Positions 1 to 12,395 of a stretch of 64,000 nucleotides of DNA are shown here, piece after piece. The notes below the pieces were generated by a model. That model made no database searches. It was not told the origin of the DNA and saw only the letters and a program-made list of their open reading frames with translations. Position numbers and translations under genes: made by a program. The stretch's first letter is position 1. The number at the start of each line of letters is the position of its first letter. The stretch comes from Octopus bimaculoides (Eukaryota), in the NCBI RefSeq assembly GCF_001194135.2, contig NC_068982.1, positions 13,543,255-13,607,254 on the forward strand. The letters are read 5' to 3'.

Positions 1-19
1 ATATATACATATATATGTA

Positions 20-210
20 TCGTGGCACTCCATCGGTTGTGACAAAAAGAGTTCCAGTTGATCCAATCAATGGAACAGCCTGCTCATGATATTAACATGC
101 AAGTGGCTGAGCACTCCACAGGCATGTGTACACTTGATGTAGTTCTTGGGTAGATTCAGCATGACACAGAGTGTGACAAGGCTGGCCCTTCGAAATACAG
201 GTACAACAGA
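20..210 (-). mobile_element. 3' portion of tRNA-type SINE (family D)
   Basis: Reverse complement matches the body of the fuller copy at 13988-14310 (gtacctgtattt..aagggcc.gccttgtcacactctgtgtcatgctgaatct...cagccacttgca.gttaat). Confidence 0.6.
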
Positions 211-234
211 AACAGGAAGGAAAAGTGAGAGAAT

Positions 235-1030
235 TTTTTTATGAAGTGTAGCTCCATTGTTTTTCAGAACTTTGGGTCATCTCTTAAACATTTGGAAAAG
301 GGAAAAATTTTGAACTTGCCTTCACTGCATATTTCTAAATGCTTGATCAGTGGAATCTTGTGCAGTTCCTTTTATCAGGTGTGTTGTCTGTGAATTCTTA
401 CACATTGGCATAGGGAATTGTTTGTTTCTCCAATGCAATTTCCCTTGCAGTTGGGGCAAGTAATGAGATTCTGCATCTTGCAGTTCATATCTGCATTTAC
501 TTTGAATGAAAATCTGCTCTTTTACTCTTTTACTTTTACTCATGTTTCAGTCATTTGACTGCGGCCCTGCTGGAGCACCGTCTTTAGTCGAGCAAATCGA
601 TCCCAAGACTTGTTCTTTGGAAGCCTAGTCCTTATCCTATTGGTCTCTTTTGCTGAACCACTAAGTTACGGGGACGTAAACACACCACCATCGGTTGTCA
701 AGCGATGTTGGGGGACAAATTCAGACATACAAACATATACACACACATACATATATATATATTTGTATATATACATATATACGACAGGCTTCTTTCAGTT
801 TCCGTCTACCAAATCCACTCACAAGGCTTTGGTCAACCCGAGGCTATAGCAGAAGGCACTTGCCCAAGGTGCCATGTAGTGGGACTGAACCCAGAACCAT
901 GTGGTTGGTAAGCAAGCTACTTACCACACAGCCACTCCGCTCTTGACTTTTATGTGGGAACCACTTTCTAAATATTTGAAGTTGTTGTATGTTCCACACC
1001 AGCTATCTCCACGATGGTGGAGTATACATT
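235..1030 (-). mobile_element. Penelope-like retroelement remnant: C-terminal GIY-YIG endonuclease region, frameshifted and split by a SINE at 522-938
   Basis: Stitched minus frames read GDSWCGT..KYLESGSHIKVKS/[SINE]/FKVNADMNCKMQNLITCPNCKGNCIGETNNSLCQCVRIHRQH..ELHKIPLIKHLEICSEGKFKIFPF..KTMELHFIKK. This resembles the Cys-rich linker plus LIY.I.C..C...YIGET..L..R...H motif of PLE GIY-YIG domains. Confidence 0.75.
522..938 (-). mobile_element. tRNA-derived SINE family A, full length
   Basis: Head (rc) GGAGTGGCTGTGTGGTAAG...GGTTCAGTCCCAC with A/B-box-like motifs, internal (TA/CA)n, (AAGAGTA)n tail. Flanked by the direct repeat GCTCTT at 516-521 and 939-944 (TSD-like). Confidence 0.85.
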
Positions 1031-1065
1031 TCATTTTTCCACAATTTAATTGTTTTTCTTGCTTT

Positions 1066-1112
1066 ATTCTAAATTGAAAAAGTCGCAAAGACTGAAACCG
1101 GTACTAAAATGT
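1066..1112 (+). ncRNA. Decayed minimal hammerhead-like motif in a putative inverted pLTR
   Basis: TTGAAAA-AGTC(GCAAA)GACT-GAAAC-CG-GTA, with palindromic stem III ACCGGT. The core differs from CUGANGA at positions 3 and 8, and stem I does not pair. Confidence 0.35.
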
Positions 1113-1581
1113 CCTTCATGATAAAATTATTTTAGCTTTTTTCTACCTTGACTTATTTTCCATTTACATATCAACTTGTGTATTACTTTACAACCTTCTA
1201 TATAATATATATATATATANNNNNNNNNNNNNNNNNNNNNNNNNNNNNNNNNNNNNNNNNNNNNNNNNNNNNNNNNNNNNNNNNNNNNNNNNNNNNNNNN
1301 NNNNNNNNNNNNNNNNNNNNNNNNNNNNNNNNNNNNNNNNNNNNNNNNNNNNNNNNNNNNNNNNNNNNNNNNNNNNNNNNNNNNNNNNNNNNNNNNNNNN
1401 NNNNNNNNNNNNNNNNNNNNNNNNNNNNNNNNNNNNNNNNNNNNNNNNNNNNNNNNNNNNNNNNNNNNNNNNNNNNNNNNNNNNNNNNNNNNNNNNNNNN
1501 NNNNNNNNNNNNNNNNNNNNNNNNNNNNNNNNNNNNNNNNNNNNNNNNNNNNNNNNNNNNNNNNNNNNNNNNNNNNNNNNN

Positions 1582-1835
1582 TATATATATATATGTATGT
1601 ATGTGTGTGTATATGTTTGTGTGTCTATGTTTTGTCCCCCCAACATCGCTTGACAACCAATGGTGGTGTGTTTACGTCCCCGTAACTTAGCAGTTCAGCA
1701 AAAGAGACCGATAGAATAAGTACTAGGCTTCCAAAGAATAAGTCCTGGGGTCGATTTACTAGACTAAAGGTGGTGCACCAGCATGGCCACAGTCAAATGA
1801 CTGAAACAAGTAAAAGAGTAAGAGAGAGAGAGTAA
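1582..1835 (+). mobile_element. SINE family A, 3' half (5' half lost in gap)
   Basis: tttgtcccccaacatcgcttgacaacc...ccagcatggccacagtcaaatgactgaaacaagtaaaagagtaag. Confidence 0.8.
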
Positions 1836-1951
1836 AGAGTATATATATATATGTGTGTGTGAGTGTGTGTGTGTGTGTGTGTATATTTATGTATGTACAT
1901 ATATATATACATATATTATATATATGCACGCACAGAAATACACGCATATGC

Positions 1952-1995
<44 letters not shown>

Positions 1996-2227
1996 TGTTT
2001 TAATTTGTTATGTTATTAGTTATATGATGTATGAGATTTTAAGTCAGGAAGCCAGGTCACTGCAAAATCTCTGTCTACATAGATTATCTTGATAGCTGAA
2101 CTATAAAATTTCTTCTTATTTCTTAAATACAATAAAATATCACATCTAATCTGATATCAGAATCATTGATTAACTTATAATGAAGATGCACTTCAACACT
2201 CCAATGTCGTTATATTATTTCCCATTC

Positions 2228-2282
<55 letters not shown>

Positions 2283-2771
2283 TATTCTGTGAGAAAGGAA
2301 TTATTTGAGAGTAAATGTATATTTTTCATTATCATCGAATGAATACAATTCAATGGCAATATACGTTTTTTCTTTATACTTATTTCAGAATATATTGACA
2401 GAGCTTTGAGAAATGATATTAATTCAGAATATGGTTCTTAAATTGACTCCTAGTTTATTTTTATTCTGTTAGTCTATTTATTGGTTAGTTTTAGTCACTT
2501 GGATTGCATTCATGCTGGAGACAACTTCCATGAGTTTTAGCTTGGAAGATAAAATGTAAATTCATTATAAATATAAAATGAAGTAATCAGAACATAATGT
2601 TATTCTAGCTCAATCCCTTAGTAATTCTGCCATCACCTACCAACATGTGTGTGTGTGTTCAGTTGTGTGTTTGTGTGTGGGTCTCACTTCATATCCAGAC
2701 ATATGATCAAGGATGTGAAATATTTGAATAATTAGTTGTGAATAGCCAGTTACGATGGGAATGTATACATG

Positions 2772-2821
<50 letters not shown>

Positions 2822-2823
2822 AA

Positions 2824-2897
<74 letters not shown>

Positions 2898-3469
2898 CAT
2901 TTTGTTCATCTATCTATCTATCTAGTGGTCGATCTGTCTATTGATTTGATCTATCTATTTATCTCTCTATTGATATCTGGAAGCTAGGAGGAGATGATGA
3001 GCAGTGATTTGGCCACCTCTGCTGACCCACCAACAGGTGGGTGTTTTGGTGAGGACTCATGCTCAAGATATTGCAGAGTAGAATCAAACCCACCACTCTG
3101 TATTTACTAAACACACTTGAATCATTATTCAATTAAATCTGAAAAGAAAGGAAAAATATTCATTGCTGTTTTCAATTACACAATCCAATTTCCACTTTGG
3201 AATGGATTAGACATATTTATAAATTCACAATTTATAAAAACCATGTGCTTAGGAAGCAAGATTCTTACCACACGGCCACACCTGCATCTATGTTTAAATT
3301 TCTGTGAAACTAAATTCAGCAAAGATATCCCTAAATTTTCTGACAAGCTGAGTATTTACAGCACAGTTTTAGAGCCTTAAGTTTTTGTCAGACAGCTTTT
3401 AATTAACTTATTAATCAGAAAAAAAGTTGCGAGCATGGCATTTGTAAACCAGTTCCTCAGTGATTTATG

Positions 3470-3790
3470 TTGTTAATATTGGACTGAAACTTCTGCAGAA
3501 AAATGTGATTAGAAAGGAAATAGCAGAAAGTTGCATCTCTGATGGAGAATGGACCGGAAAATAGAGCTTCATGGAAAATTTGGTGAGATAGAGCGTGAGG
3601 TTCAATTTGGATACTAAGAGTAACAGAGTCAGGGGCATAAAATGCACTTGGGAAGATATGAGATGCAGCTTTTGAGTACAGTGGAACAGAGACTGCTGCA
3701 GTATAGAGATAACAGTAGATCTGTGAGCCAGCATTTGTAGTATGTTTTTGAAGGAAACTTTGTCAGCAAAAGAGGCCAATAGAAGGAGTG
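3470..3790 (+). mobile_element. Highly degraded CR1/L2-like LINE RT C-terminal remnant
   Basis: Scattered motifs RFNLD, KMHLGR, ..SQH.. and K..AN R resemble FN..KC.VMHLG...EKDLG...MSQQC..AKKANRMLG. Many stops and frameshifts. Confidence 0.35.
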
Positions 3791-3924
3791 CCATGCTTGC
3801 AAAAAATAATTACTGGGCTCAATGCATCTGACTAAAATTCTTCAAGGTGGTGCCCCAGCATGGCCATAGTCTAAATGACTGAAACAAGTAAAAGACAGAA
3901 AATAAATGGTAAAAGATTAGTACC

Positions 3925-4600
3925 CTTCATCATCATCATCATCATCGTTTAACGTCCGCTTTCCATGCTAGCATGGGTTTGACGATTTGACTGAGGACTG
4001 GTGAAACCGGATGGCAACACCAGGCTCCAATCTAATTTGGCAGAGTTTCTACAGCTGGATGCCCTTCCTAACGCCAACCACTCAGAGAGTGTAGTGGGTG
4101 CTTTTACGTGTCACCCGCNNNNNNNNNNNNNNNNNNNNNNNNNNNNNNNNNNNNNNNNNNNNNNNNNNNNNNNNNNNNNNNNNNNNNNNNNNNNNNNNNN
4201 NNNNNNNNNNNNNNNNNNNNNNNNNNNNNNNNNNNNNNNNNNNNNNNNNNNNNNNNNNNNNNNNNNNNNNNNNNCATCTTATGTGCCACCCGCACAAGAG
4301 CCAGTCCAGGGGCACTGGCAACGATCTCACTTGGCTTGCCGGGTCTTCTCATGCACAGCACATTTCCAAAGGTCTCGGTCAGTAGTCATCGCCTCGGTGA
4401 GGCCCAATGTTCGAAGGTCTTGCCTCACCACCTCAGCCCAGGTCTTCCTGGGCCTACCTCTTCCACGGGTTCCCTCAACTGTTAGGGAGTGGCACTTTTT
4501 CACGCAGCTATCCTCATTCATTCTCACCACATGTCCAAACCAGCGCAATCGTCTCTCTTGCACACCACTACTGACACTTCTTATGTTCAGCTTTTCTCTA
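3925..4600 (-). mobile_element. RTE-clade LINE 3' end: ORF2 C-terminus plus 3'UTR plus (GAT)n tail
   Basis: ORF 4327-4563 (QERRLRWFGHVVRMNEDSCVKKC..VEGTRGRGRPRKTW) runs directly into the GGTTGGCGTTAGGAAGGGCATCCAGC...GGACGTTAAACGATGATGAT terminus. This shows the common (GAT)n-tailed repeat is this LINE's 3'UTR. Confidence 0.9.
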
Positions 4601-5217
4601 CGTGAGATTTTTATGGAAATTATGGGAGATGATTACTTACATAATGAAATTATGTTTAGATTTATATCATTAGTGTATATTAATAAAAATAATATAAATA
4701 TAAATAAAAATAATAGAACAATGAATGGGAATACAATTTAGAGTTTAGATTTTGAATAAAATAATAATAGTAATTAGCTTTGTAATTGGTGTTAATGAAT
4801 CAAACACCTATATTAGTAGTTGGCTACCTTTAAAATTAAGTCAAATTCAAAATAGCTTCAGATAATCAATAAATTATTATATTTCAAAAACATTATTTAA
4901 TATAGTAGCATTAGTGCTAAGCGGAGATGAGAAATAAACTAACTTTGGGTTAGTTCAAATATGTTTGTAAAATATTTAAATGGTTACACAGCTCAGGTAA
5001 GGTGTTTTTACACCTTTTACCATAAGTGAGAATTTTTTTCTCTACAGTAAACTGTAGTGAAATTGCCTTTAGAAGTTAAAATATGTCACAAACATATTTG
5101 AGTTAACCTAAAGTTTTTTTTATTTAATAATAGAGAAATAACTACGAGATACTGCTAGTTTAAATATATAAATTTTGTTGTTTGACAAACAGAGCCTCAA
5201 GTCTCTCCTTTTATGTC

Positions 5218-5520
5218 ATCATCATCATCGTCGTCATCGTTCAACGTCTGTTTTCCATGCTAGCATGGGTTGGATGGTTTGACTGAGGTCTGGAGAGCCA
5301 GGAGGTTGCACCAGACTCCAATATGATCTGGCAATGTTTCTACAGCTGGATGTCTTTCCTAACGCCAACCACCCCAAGAGTGTAGTGAGTGCTTTTTACG
5401 TGCCACTGGCATGGGAGCCAGTCAGGAGATACGGGCATCGATCACATTTGGATAGTGCTTTTTATGTGCCACTGGTACAGGGGCCAGTCAGGTGGTCCTG
5501 GCATCGATTATGTTCAGATA
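5218..5520 (-). mobile_element. RTE 3'UTR fragment
   Basis: catcatc..ttcaacgtctgttttccatgctagcatgggttgg... matches the 3925-4600 terminus. Confidence 0.8.
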
Positions 5521-5604
5521 GTGCTTTGTACCTCCATGATGATCGCTTTCCAACTAGATATGATGAAGGTAATGCTAACAATGGAAAAATATTTCCTTCT
5601 TTTT

Positions 5605-6200
5605 ACGACCTTCAAACTTTGGGCCTCACAAAAGCAATGACAAAAAAATTGAGGCTTTTGGAGATATGCTGTGATTGAGATAACCCTGCAAGTAAAGTAA
5701 GATCACAGCTGTGGTCAATGCCTGTGTCGCATAACCAGCTCATTTAAAATTACCCTTGAATCCTCAGGTGATGTGATGTGTTTGAGAAGACCTGTTGAGT
5801 CAAGTGAAATCAAAATCATAATCATGGCCAATGCCACCTGACTGGTACCCATGCTGGTGGAAAGTAATAAGCACCATTCAAGTGTGGGTCGATGCCAGTG
5901 TCACCTGACTGGCTCCCCATGCCAGTGGCATGTAAAAAGCACCATCCAAATGTAGACGATGCCAATGCTGGCTGACTGGCTCTCAGGTTCGGGGTACATA
6001 AAAAGCACCCACAACACTCTCAGAGTGGTTGGCGTTAGGAAGGGCATCCAGCTGTAGAAACTCTGCCAAATCAGATTGGAGCCTGGTGCAGCCTTCTGGC
6101 TCGCCAGTCCTCAGTCAAACCGTCCAACCCATGCCCGCATGGAAAGCAGACGTTAAATGATGATAATGATGAGGATGATGACAACGACGATGACGAGGAG
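5605..6200 (+). mobile_element. RTE 3' end (last codons LQTLGLTKAMT plus 3'UTR with tandem array and GAT tail)
   Basis: cttcaaactttgggcctcacaaaagcaatgac matches DLRTLGLTEAMT; ends gcagacgttaaatgatgataatgatgag. Confidence 0.75.
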
Positions 6201-6224
6201 GAGGAGGAGGTGGGAATTGCTGTT

Positions 6225-6860
6225 CTTTTTTTAAATGGATTATAGCTCCACAATGATGACCAGTTAATGGAATTACTCCATCACCTGAAAATGCAACAAA
6301 CATTTGTAAGACATTTTCTTCATCATTGAAAAATGTTTACCTGCTGTCTTATAAACTGTTGTCCTCTTTGCATCAGTTACCATTTGTTCAGCATTAAAAA
6401 AAAAGCTTTTTTTCAATAATTTCTTGATTATTATTGACATAGTGCACATAGATAAATTGTATAAACTCATTGTAACAGTATTATTTCATCAAATCAGAAA
6501 CAAATGTAGTTGTTTTTAACATCATAAAGTCCATTTTCAATGCCATTTATCATTTCATCAATTTTATCTGAGAATGAACTCTTAGTCACTGAAACAGAAA
6601 TAAATTTACAGAAGATAAGAAACTCTGCAATACTTTAGTGTTTTCCACATTTGACAATAATCTTTGACTCTATACAAAAGCCCTTCCTCAACTGTTGCGT
6701 CATTTTTTAAAGTAATGCTTTAATTGTAGAATGGTTTCCAAATTTATGTTTAAAATCCCCCAAATTATTTAAACCTCTATCGACATTTTCTGGATGTTTT
6801 GCATTCACGAGCTTAATCATTTTCTTGGGTTTCATTCCTTCATTTCTAAACGTTTTTATC
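6225..6860 (-). mobile_element. hAT (Charlie/Buster-like) transposase remnant
   Basis: Stitched minus frames: NEGMKPKKMIKLVNAKHPENVD...IVKCGKH*SIAE...KIDEMINGIEN....YICF*FDE...IYVHYVNNNQEIIEKKLFF...VAFSGDGVIPLTGHHCGAIIHLK. These are colinear with the NESMKPSKLKRHLETKHP / IAKCGKPHTIAE / LQLDESTD / TDGAPAMTG motifs of Buster/Charlie/ZBED5-type proteins. Confidence 0.65.
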
Positions 6861-7054
6861 TTTTTTTTTTTAACTAATTAAGCACATAGTTAATTATTAG
6901 TTAATAGTGCATGAATTAACTATGCATTTCAAATAATCATGTGAATACTGCTAACACACTGTTAATTATTCATTTCTGTGGGTTAAAAATGATGGTACCT
7001 AAAAATGAAAAATTTAAAAAATGAAACTAAAAACATGAATCATTTTGTATTTAG

Positions 7055-8440
7055 AGAAAACCAGTTATGGAGGGATCATGGGAATATCGTCAAGAGATGC
7101 ACACTTGTTTTTTAGACCTTGGAAAGGCATATGACCACATGCCACAGGACATTCTGGGGAGGGCTCTGCAGGACTCTGGGTTTAATGGGCAACTTCTGGT
7201 TATTGTGAAGTCCCTTTATTTACACCCAGATGTTTGTTTTCAGGTAAACGGTACTAAGTTGAAACTTGCCAATATGATTATTAGATTTTGACAGGGGTGT
7301 GTATTGTCACTTCTTTTCATAATTTTTTTATGAACTTGATTGATATACACAGCCATAGTGGAAATGGTATCACAATCGATGGGTGTAGAATCAGTCAGCT
7401 GATATTTGCAGATGACAGGGTCCACCTGACTGGTTCCTGTGCCAGTGGCACGTAAAAAGCACCAGCCGAACGTGGCTTGATGCCAGTACCCGCTGACTGG
7501 CTCTCGTGCCAGTGGCACGTAAAAAGCGCTATCCGAAGATGATCGCTGCCAGGCCCATCTGACTGGTTCCCATGCTGGTGGCACATAAAAAAACACCCAT
7601 TACACTCTCGGAGTGGTTGGTGTTAGGAAGGGCATTCAGCTGTAGAAACATTGCCAAATCAGATTGGAGCCTGGTGCAGCCTCTGGTTCTCCAGACCTCG
7701 GTCAAACCGCCCAACCCATGCCAGCATGGAAAATGGACGTTAAACTATGATGATGATGATGATGATGATTTTGCTTCATCAGAAGGTGATCTCCAGCACA
7801 CGTGCACCAAGGCAGAGATGAGAATTAGTGTTGTAAAGATTGAGACTGTGGTGCTCTCGAGAAAGTCTCCCCAGTGTTACTCAGCATGTTTGCGAGGCGT
7901 CACTGAGACAAGTGAAGAAGTACCTCAGGGCCATATTCATGAGCGATGGGAAGCAGGAGTCTGAATTGGAGGCTAGAATTATAGGTTCTGGCAGCACAGT
8001 TATGCACCAGCATTCGATTCTCAGAAGAGGTGAGGTTGGTAAAAAAAAAGCCAAATTCAATATCTTCAATTTAGTTTTGCACCTATCCTCATTAATGGGT
8101 ATGAATGTTGCTTAATGACCAAAAGTGTATGATCAGGAATACAGGTAATGAAATAGTGTTCCTCTGAGGAATCCCTGGAGAAACATAACCTGACAGAATG
8201 CTTAGCATGGAGATCGGGAAGTCTTTCCAGGTTAAGTTACTATTTCTCCCTATTGAGAGTTAACAGCTTCAGTATTATAGTCATGTGAATCTTTATGCTG
8301 AGCCAATTGGCAGAAGACCCAGAGGTAGCTCAAGAATGTAATGGTTTGGTAATATCCATAGTTTCAGTTGACCATGCTTGGGAATCCAGCTGGAAAGCGC
8401 AACGATTGTTGCTTCAGATCGGATCTGGTAGAAAAGGTGC
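7055..8440 (+). mobile_element. RTE-clade LINE reverse transcriptase remnant, interrupted at ~7418-7770
   Basis: CFLDLGKAYD, RQGCVLS.LLFIIF, LIFADD (gatatttgcagatgac), then after the insertion ASSEGDLQH..KAEMRISVVKIETVVLSRK..YLRAIFMSDGKQESELEARI. Confidence 0.8.
7418..7770 (+). mobile_element. RTE 3'UTR insertion nested just after the FADD codons of the older RT
   Basis: Two ~65-bp array units plus ggttggtgttaggaagggcattcagc...ggacgttaaactatgatgatgat. Confidence 0.85.
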
Positions 8441-8889
8441 CTAAGGACTCTACTCCCAGTACCCTCTCAGATGTAGTGGGTGGAGAGGATGGATGGAATA
8501 ACAAAAGCATATAATATATTAGAATATATTAGAATAGTATTTAGAAAAAAGCTGAAAATATTAATGGACTTAAAGAAACATAATATGTATATGTGATTAA
8601 TGATTTTAATAAATGATGCTCAATTAAAAAGTAATTTGCTAATTTAGATCTGAAAGAAACAAATTCAGAACATGGGACAAATTTTCAACTTGGTGCATTA
8701 ACAGTTTCTACTTCGTGATAACTCCAAATTCTACTCATATTTTAATCCTAATAATTTTTTTTTTTTTTGATGAATATGTGTTTAGAATATCAATAATGTA
8801 ACTGGTGTCCTATGGCTCTCTCTCAACATTTCTATCACTCTGTGAGCCTCACAAAAGCCCTAAAAAAGTATTAATACTCAATTCAGGAA

Positions 8890-9830
8890 TCACTGTGTGG
8901 AGACAAAGTATGACCAAGTGTATAAATTCTTTGTGTTGGTGAATAAATACTTCGCAGTTTGTAATGGTGGATGATTTTCTTGAGGTACAACCTTTACCTG
9001 TGCTAGTGCAGCAAAGCTACCTGTAAAACAGCTTGAGGTTTGTAGAATTTGAAGGATGTAGAAATATATACCAAGAAAGTAAGCCATGTTCCCTTGCTTA
9101 TGTGTCTCCAATGAATAAAAAGCATATTTATTGCTGAAGGAAGTCAGTGAAGAACTGGCAGAGCTCAAACCATTTGATTAAATTGAGATGCCAGAGGTTT
9201 GATGGGATGGGGGTAGGGGTTATTGTGCAGCCAATGGATGTAAAATGGGTTGCTTTGATTAGATAGTAATTAGATAATCTAATGTGGCAGAGATAATGAT
9301 GGCAGTATAATCACTGGATTTAAAGGTGAGAAAACGATGAAGAACTTTCAGAGACTCAGTGTGTCATTCAAGAATTCAGATGGGTGAAGGTATTAAATGG
9401 TAAGACAGATCAGAATATAGCAGGTGATTCAGCCACTGCATTTAGCGTTGTCAGTGTGGAGGGAGTGCAAGAGTTAAGAGAAGTTACATGCATTCGAATT
9501 TACTCAGAATGATAACATCAGTCAAAGGTAAGGTGAAATAAATGTCCTTAATAGCAGATGAGAAATATTCAAACAGTAATTTGTTAAAGGTATTTGGTAA
9601 CAGAAGGGAGACAGTTATGAAGTTTCGAGAATGGGGAAGGGTAAATTCCAACCAAACTAACTGCAACATACCAATCAATCATGTAAATACTTCCATACGG
9701 ATACAATGGGTCGTCTAAATGAAGAGAGTTGGGAATGTTAGCTATTTTGGTGGAATTATCTCTTATGCTTGTTGATATTAGGAGTTTTTGTTCACTAATC
9801 ACCAGGATAATCTCAACTGTTTTTCAAATC
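8890..9830 (-). mobile_element. Degraded LINE apurinic-like endonuclease (APE) region, CR1/L2/Jockey group
   Basis: ILVISEQKL..STSIRDNS.KI..., LVWLEFTLPHSRNFITVSL..., TDVIILSKF (cf. VIILGDFN), ATLDYLIT (cf. LDL.LT). Confidence 0.5.
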
Positions 9831-10104
9831 CCTCTTTTATATATGTGAGTCTTTACAATAGCTTTATTTGGTATAGAAAATATTTTATTGAGGTACTTTC
9901 ACACATACACTATTGGTTCCTTCCAATTTCTGTCTACTAAATCTACTCACAAGGCTTTGGTCAACCCTTGAGGCTAATTAGGAAGGCACTTGCCCAAAGT
10001 GTTATGCAATGGGTCTGAACCCTTAACTATGTAGTAGGTAAGTTAACTAGTTAACCACGTAACCATGCCTGCTCATCAGGGGTGTATAATATTTGTAATG
10101 TGTG

Positions 10105-10510
10105 CAGGAGTGGCTGTGTGGTAAGTAGCTTGCTTACCAACCACATGGTTCTTGGTTCAGTCTCACTGCGTGGCACCTTGGGCAAGTGTCTTCTATAGCC
10201 TCAGGCCGACCAAAGCCTTGTGAGTGGATTTGGTAGACGGAAACTGAAAGAAGCCCATCGTATATATATATATATATATGTATGTGCTTATATATGTTTG
10301 TGTGTTTGTCCCCGCAGCATCACTTGACAACCAATGCTGGTGTGTTTACGTCCCCGTAACTTAGCGGTTCGGCAAAAGAGACCAGTAGAATAAGTACTAG
10401 GCTAACAAAGAATAAGTCCTGGGGTAGATTTGCTCGACTAAAGGCGGTGCTCCAGCATGGCCACAGTCAAATGACTGAAACAAATAAAAGAGTAAAAGAG
10501 TAAAGAGTAT
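10105..10510 (+). mobile_element. SINE family A, full length
   Basis: gcaggagtggctgtgtggtaag...gactgaaacaaataaaagagtaaaagagtaaagagta. Confidence 0.88.
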
Positions 10511-11106
10511 TAGTAGTATATGTGGTAGATAGGATAAAAGTTTGACAAAAATTTCCCAGATGTTTGTATAGAAAGAAGAACTTGTCCAAGCTATTAATTT
10601 TTATCTTTTTGAAGTTTGTGTTACTTGTTTTGAAGCGAATAATGGTGTGCGGGTGGTGGTGGTGAGGAGGAAGTCACTGCTCATGAAGTGATCCCTAAGG
10701 GTAACCCAGCTGGAAGTCATTTAACTGATCACCATGATTCCATAAAAGAAACAGTCAAAAGTCAAATAGAAATTGCAATGTAATTCCTACAGAGCATGCT
10801 AATTTAAATATTGGTGTTAACTTGACAACTGTTAAGAAATTACTAAGACACCAACTCTACATGTCTCCTCTGATAAAAAAGAAAGTTGTAAATAAATAAA
10901 TAAATAAATAGAATGTATGACATGACATATAATTAAATTTTTAATATAGTTTTCTTTGTGTAAAAAAATTATAAATAGTAAAATATTATTTTTACTAAAT
11001 TTATAATTCAGTTTATGCCCTTAAAGATGAAAAGCAATTGCATAAGTGATTTTCGTTTTTTTGCTATTCTTATTCAGGATATATGAAGAGATTGTCAATA
11101 CAATAA

Positions 11107-11180
11107 AGTTGTTGTTGCTGTTGTTGTTGTTGTTGCTGTTGTTGTTGTTACAGCTGCTGCTGTTGCTGTTGTTGTTTTGT
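11107..11180. repeat. (GTT/GCT)n microsatellite
   Basis: Directly visible; it creates the spurious poly-Leu ORF. Confidence 0.9.
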
Positions 11181-11999
11181 GCTGTTTTTTTTTTTTTTTT
11201 TTNNNNNNNNNNTTTTTTTTTTTTTTTGTCTAGTTTACCCCCAAATCAGTCCTGGTTAATCAAACTTACTCCATCGCTTTTCATATTTTTCAGGAATAGT
11301 ATATCTTGGACTACAACATACTAAGTTACCAAAGTGGGAAAGAGTATTGGATAGAGTACCCTGCTGTATGTATTTGTTCTAGTTCTCTGCAACCTAAGTT
11401 CAAATTTTACCAAGGTTATCTTTATCATTCCTTCTTTCAGGGTGTACAAAAAAGTACTGGCTCTGTACTGAAGTTCATTCTCTCTCTCTCTTCCTCTCTC
11501 TCTCCTTCTCTCCCATATTTATGTATATGTATATATGTGTATATGTGTGTGTTTATGTAGACACACACACACACACATACATATTTGTTATGAATGACAG
11601 AAGCAGTATTAGTTCAAAATAGCAATCAGTGCATCATGCTTAAAGCACACACATCACTGAGAAACATTTTTCTCTGAAGATTTTTCGCCTGTTACTGATA
11701 TATTTTCTGTTTTTTCTTTAACACTTTATGTCTATATGAGATGCTAAAAGAGATAAATTCCTGTTTATGAAGCTTTCAATGGTGTATATGCTTTAAGCAT
11801 GATACACACATATCTATCTATTTATCTAACTGTGTGTACACACGTGTGTGTGTGTAGAGTTCACTTAACCATATGGTTTCAGGTTTGACAATAGGAAGGG
11901 GATCCAGTTGGAAAATCCTCTCTCAATTAATCTCCATGCAGCCTAAGCCAGTATGGAAAACGAGACATGAAATGAATGAATAAACATGTAAATATATAT

Positions 12000-12395
12000 A
12001 CTCTTTTACTCTTTTACTTGTTTCAGTCATTTGACTGCGGCCATGCTGGAGCACCACCTTTTAGTCGAGCAAATCGACCCCAGGACTTATTCTTTAGAAG
12101 CCTAGTACTTATTCTACTGGTCTCTTTTGCCGAACCACTAAGTTACAGGGACGTAAACACACCAGCATCAGTTGTCAAGCAATGCTGGGGGGGGGGGGCA
12201 AACATATACACACACATACATATATATATACATATTTACGATGGGCTTCTTTCAGTTTCCGTCTACCAAATCCACTCACAAGGTTTTGGTCGACCCTAGG
12301 CTATAGTAGAAGACACTTGCCCAAGGTACCATGCAGTGGGAATGAACCCGGAACCATGTGGCTGGTAAGCAAGCTACTTACCACACAGCCACTAT
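12000..12395 (-). mobile_element. SINE family A, full length
   Basis: Reverse-complement copy of 10105-10510. Confidence 0.88.

Noticed and set aside
2389-2441. Good acceptor followed by YIDRALRNDINSEYGS*
   Set aside because: No convincing donor or homology; expected by chance in AT-rich DNA.
10105-10180. tRNA-like heads of SINE families A, C and D and the 61400 SINE as tRNA genes
   Set aside because: They have A/B boxes but no complete cloverleaf acceptor stem, and they run into SINE bodies.
10647-10783. Protein-like frame GGGGEEEVTAHEVIPKGNPAGSHLTDHHDSIKETVKSQIEIAM*
   Set aside because: There is an in-frame stop just upstream with no intervening acceptor or start.
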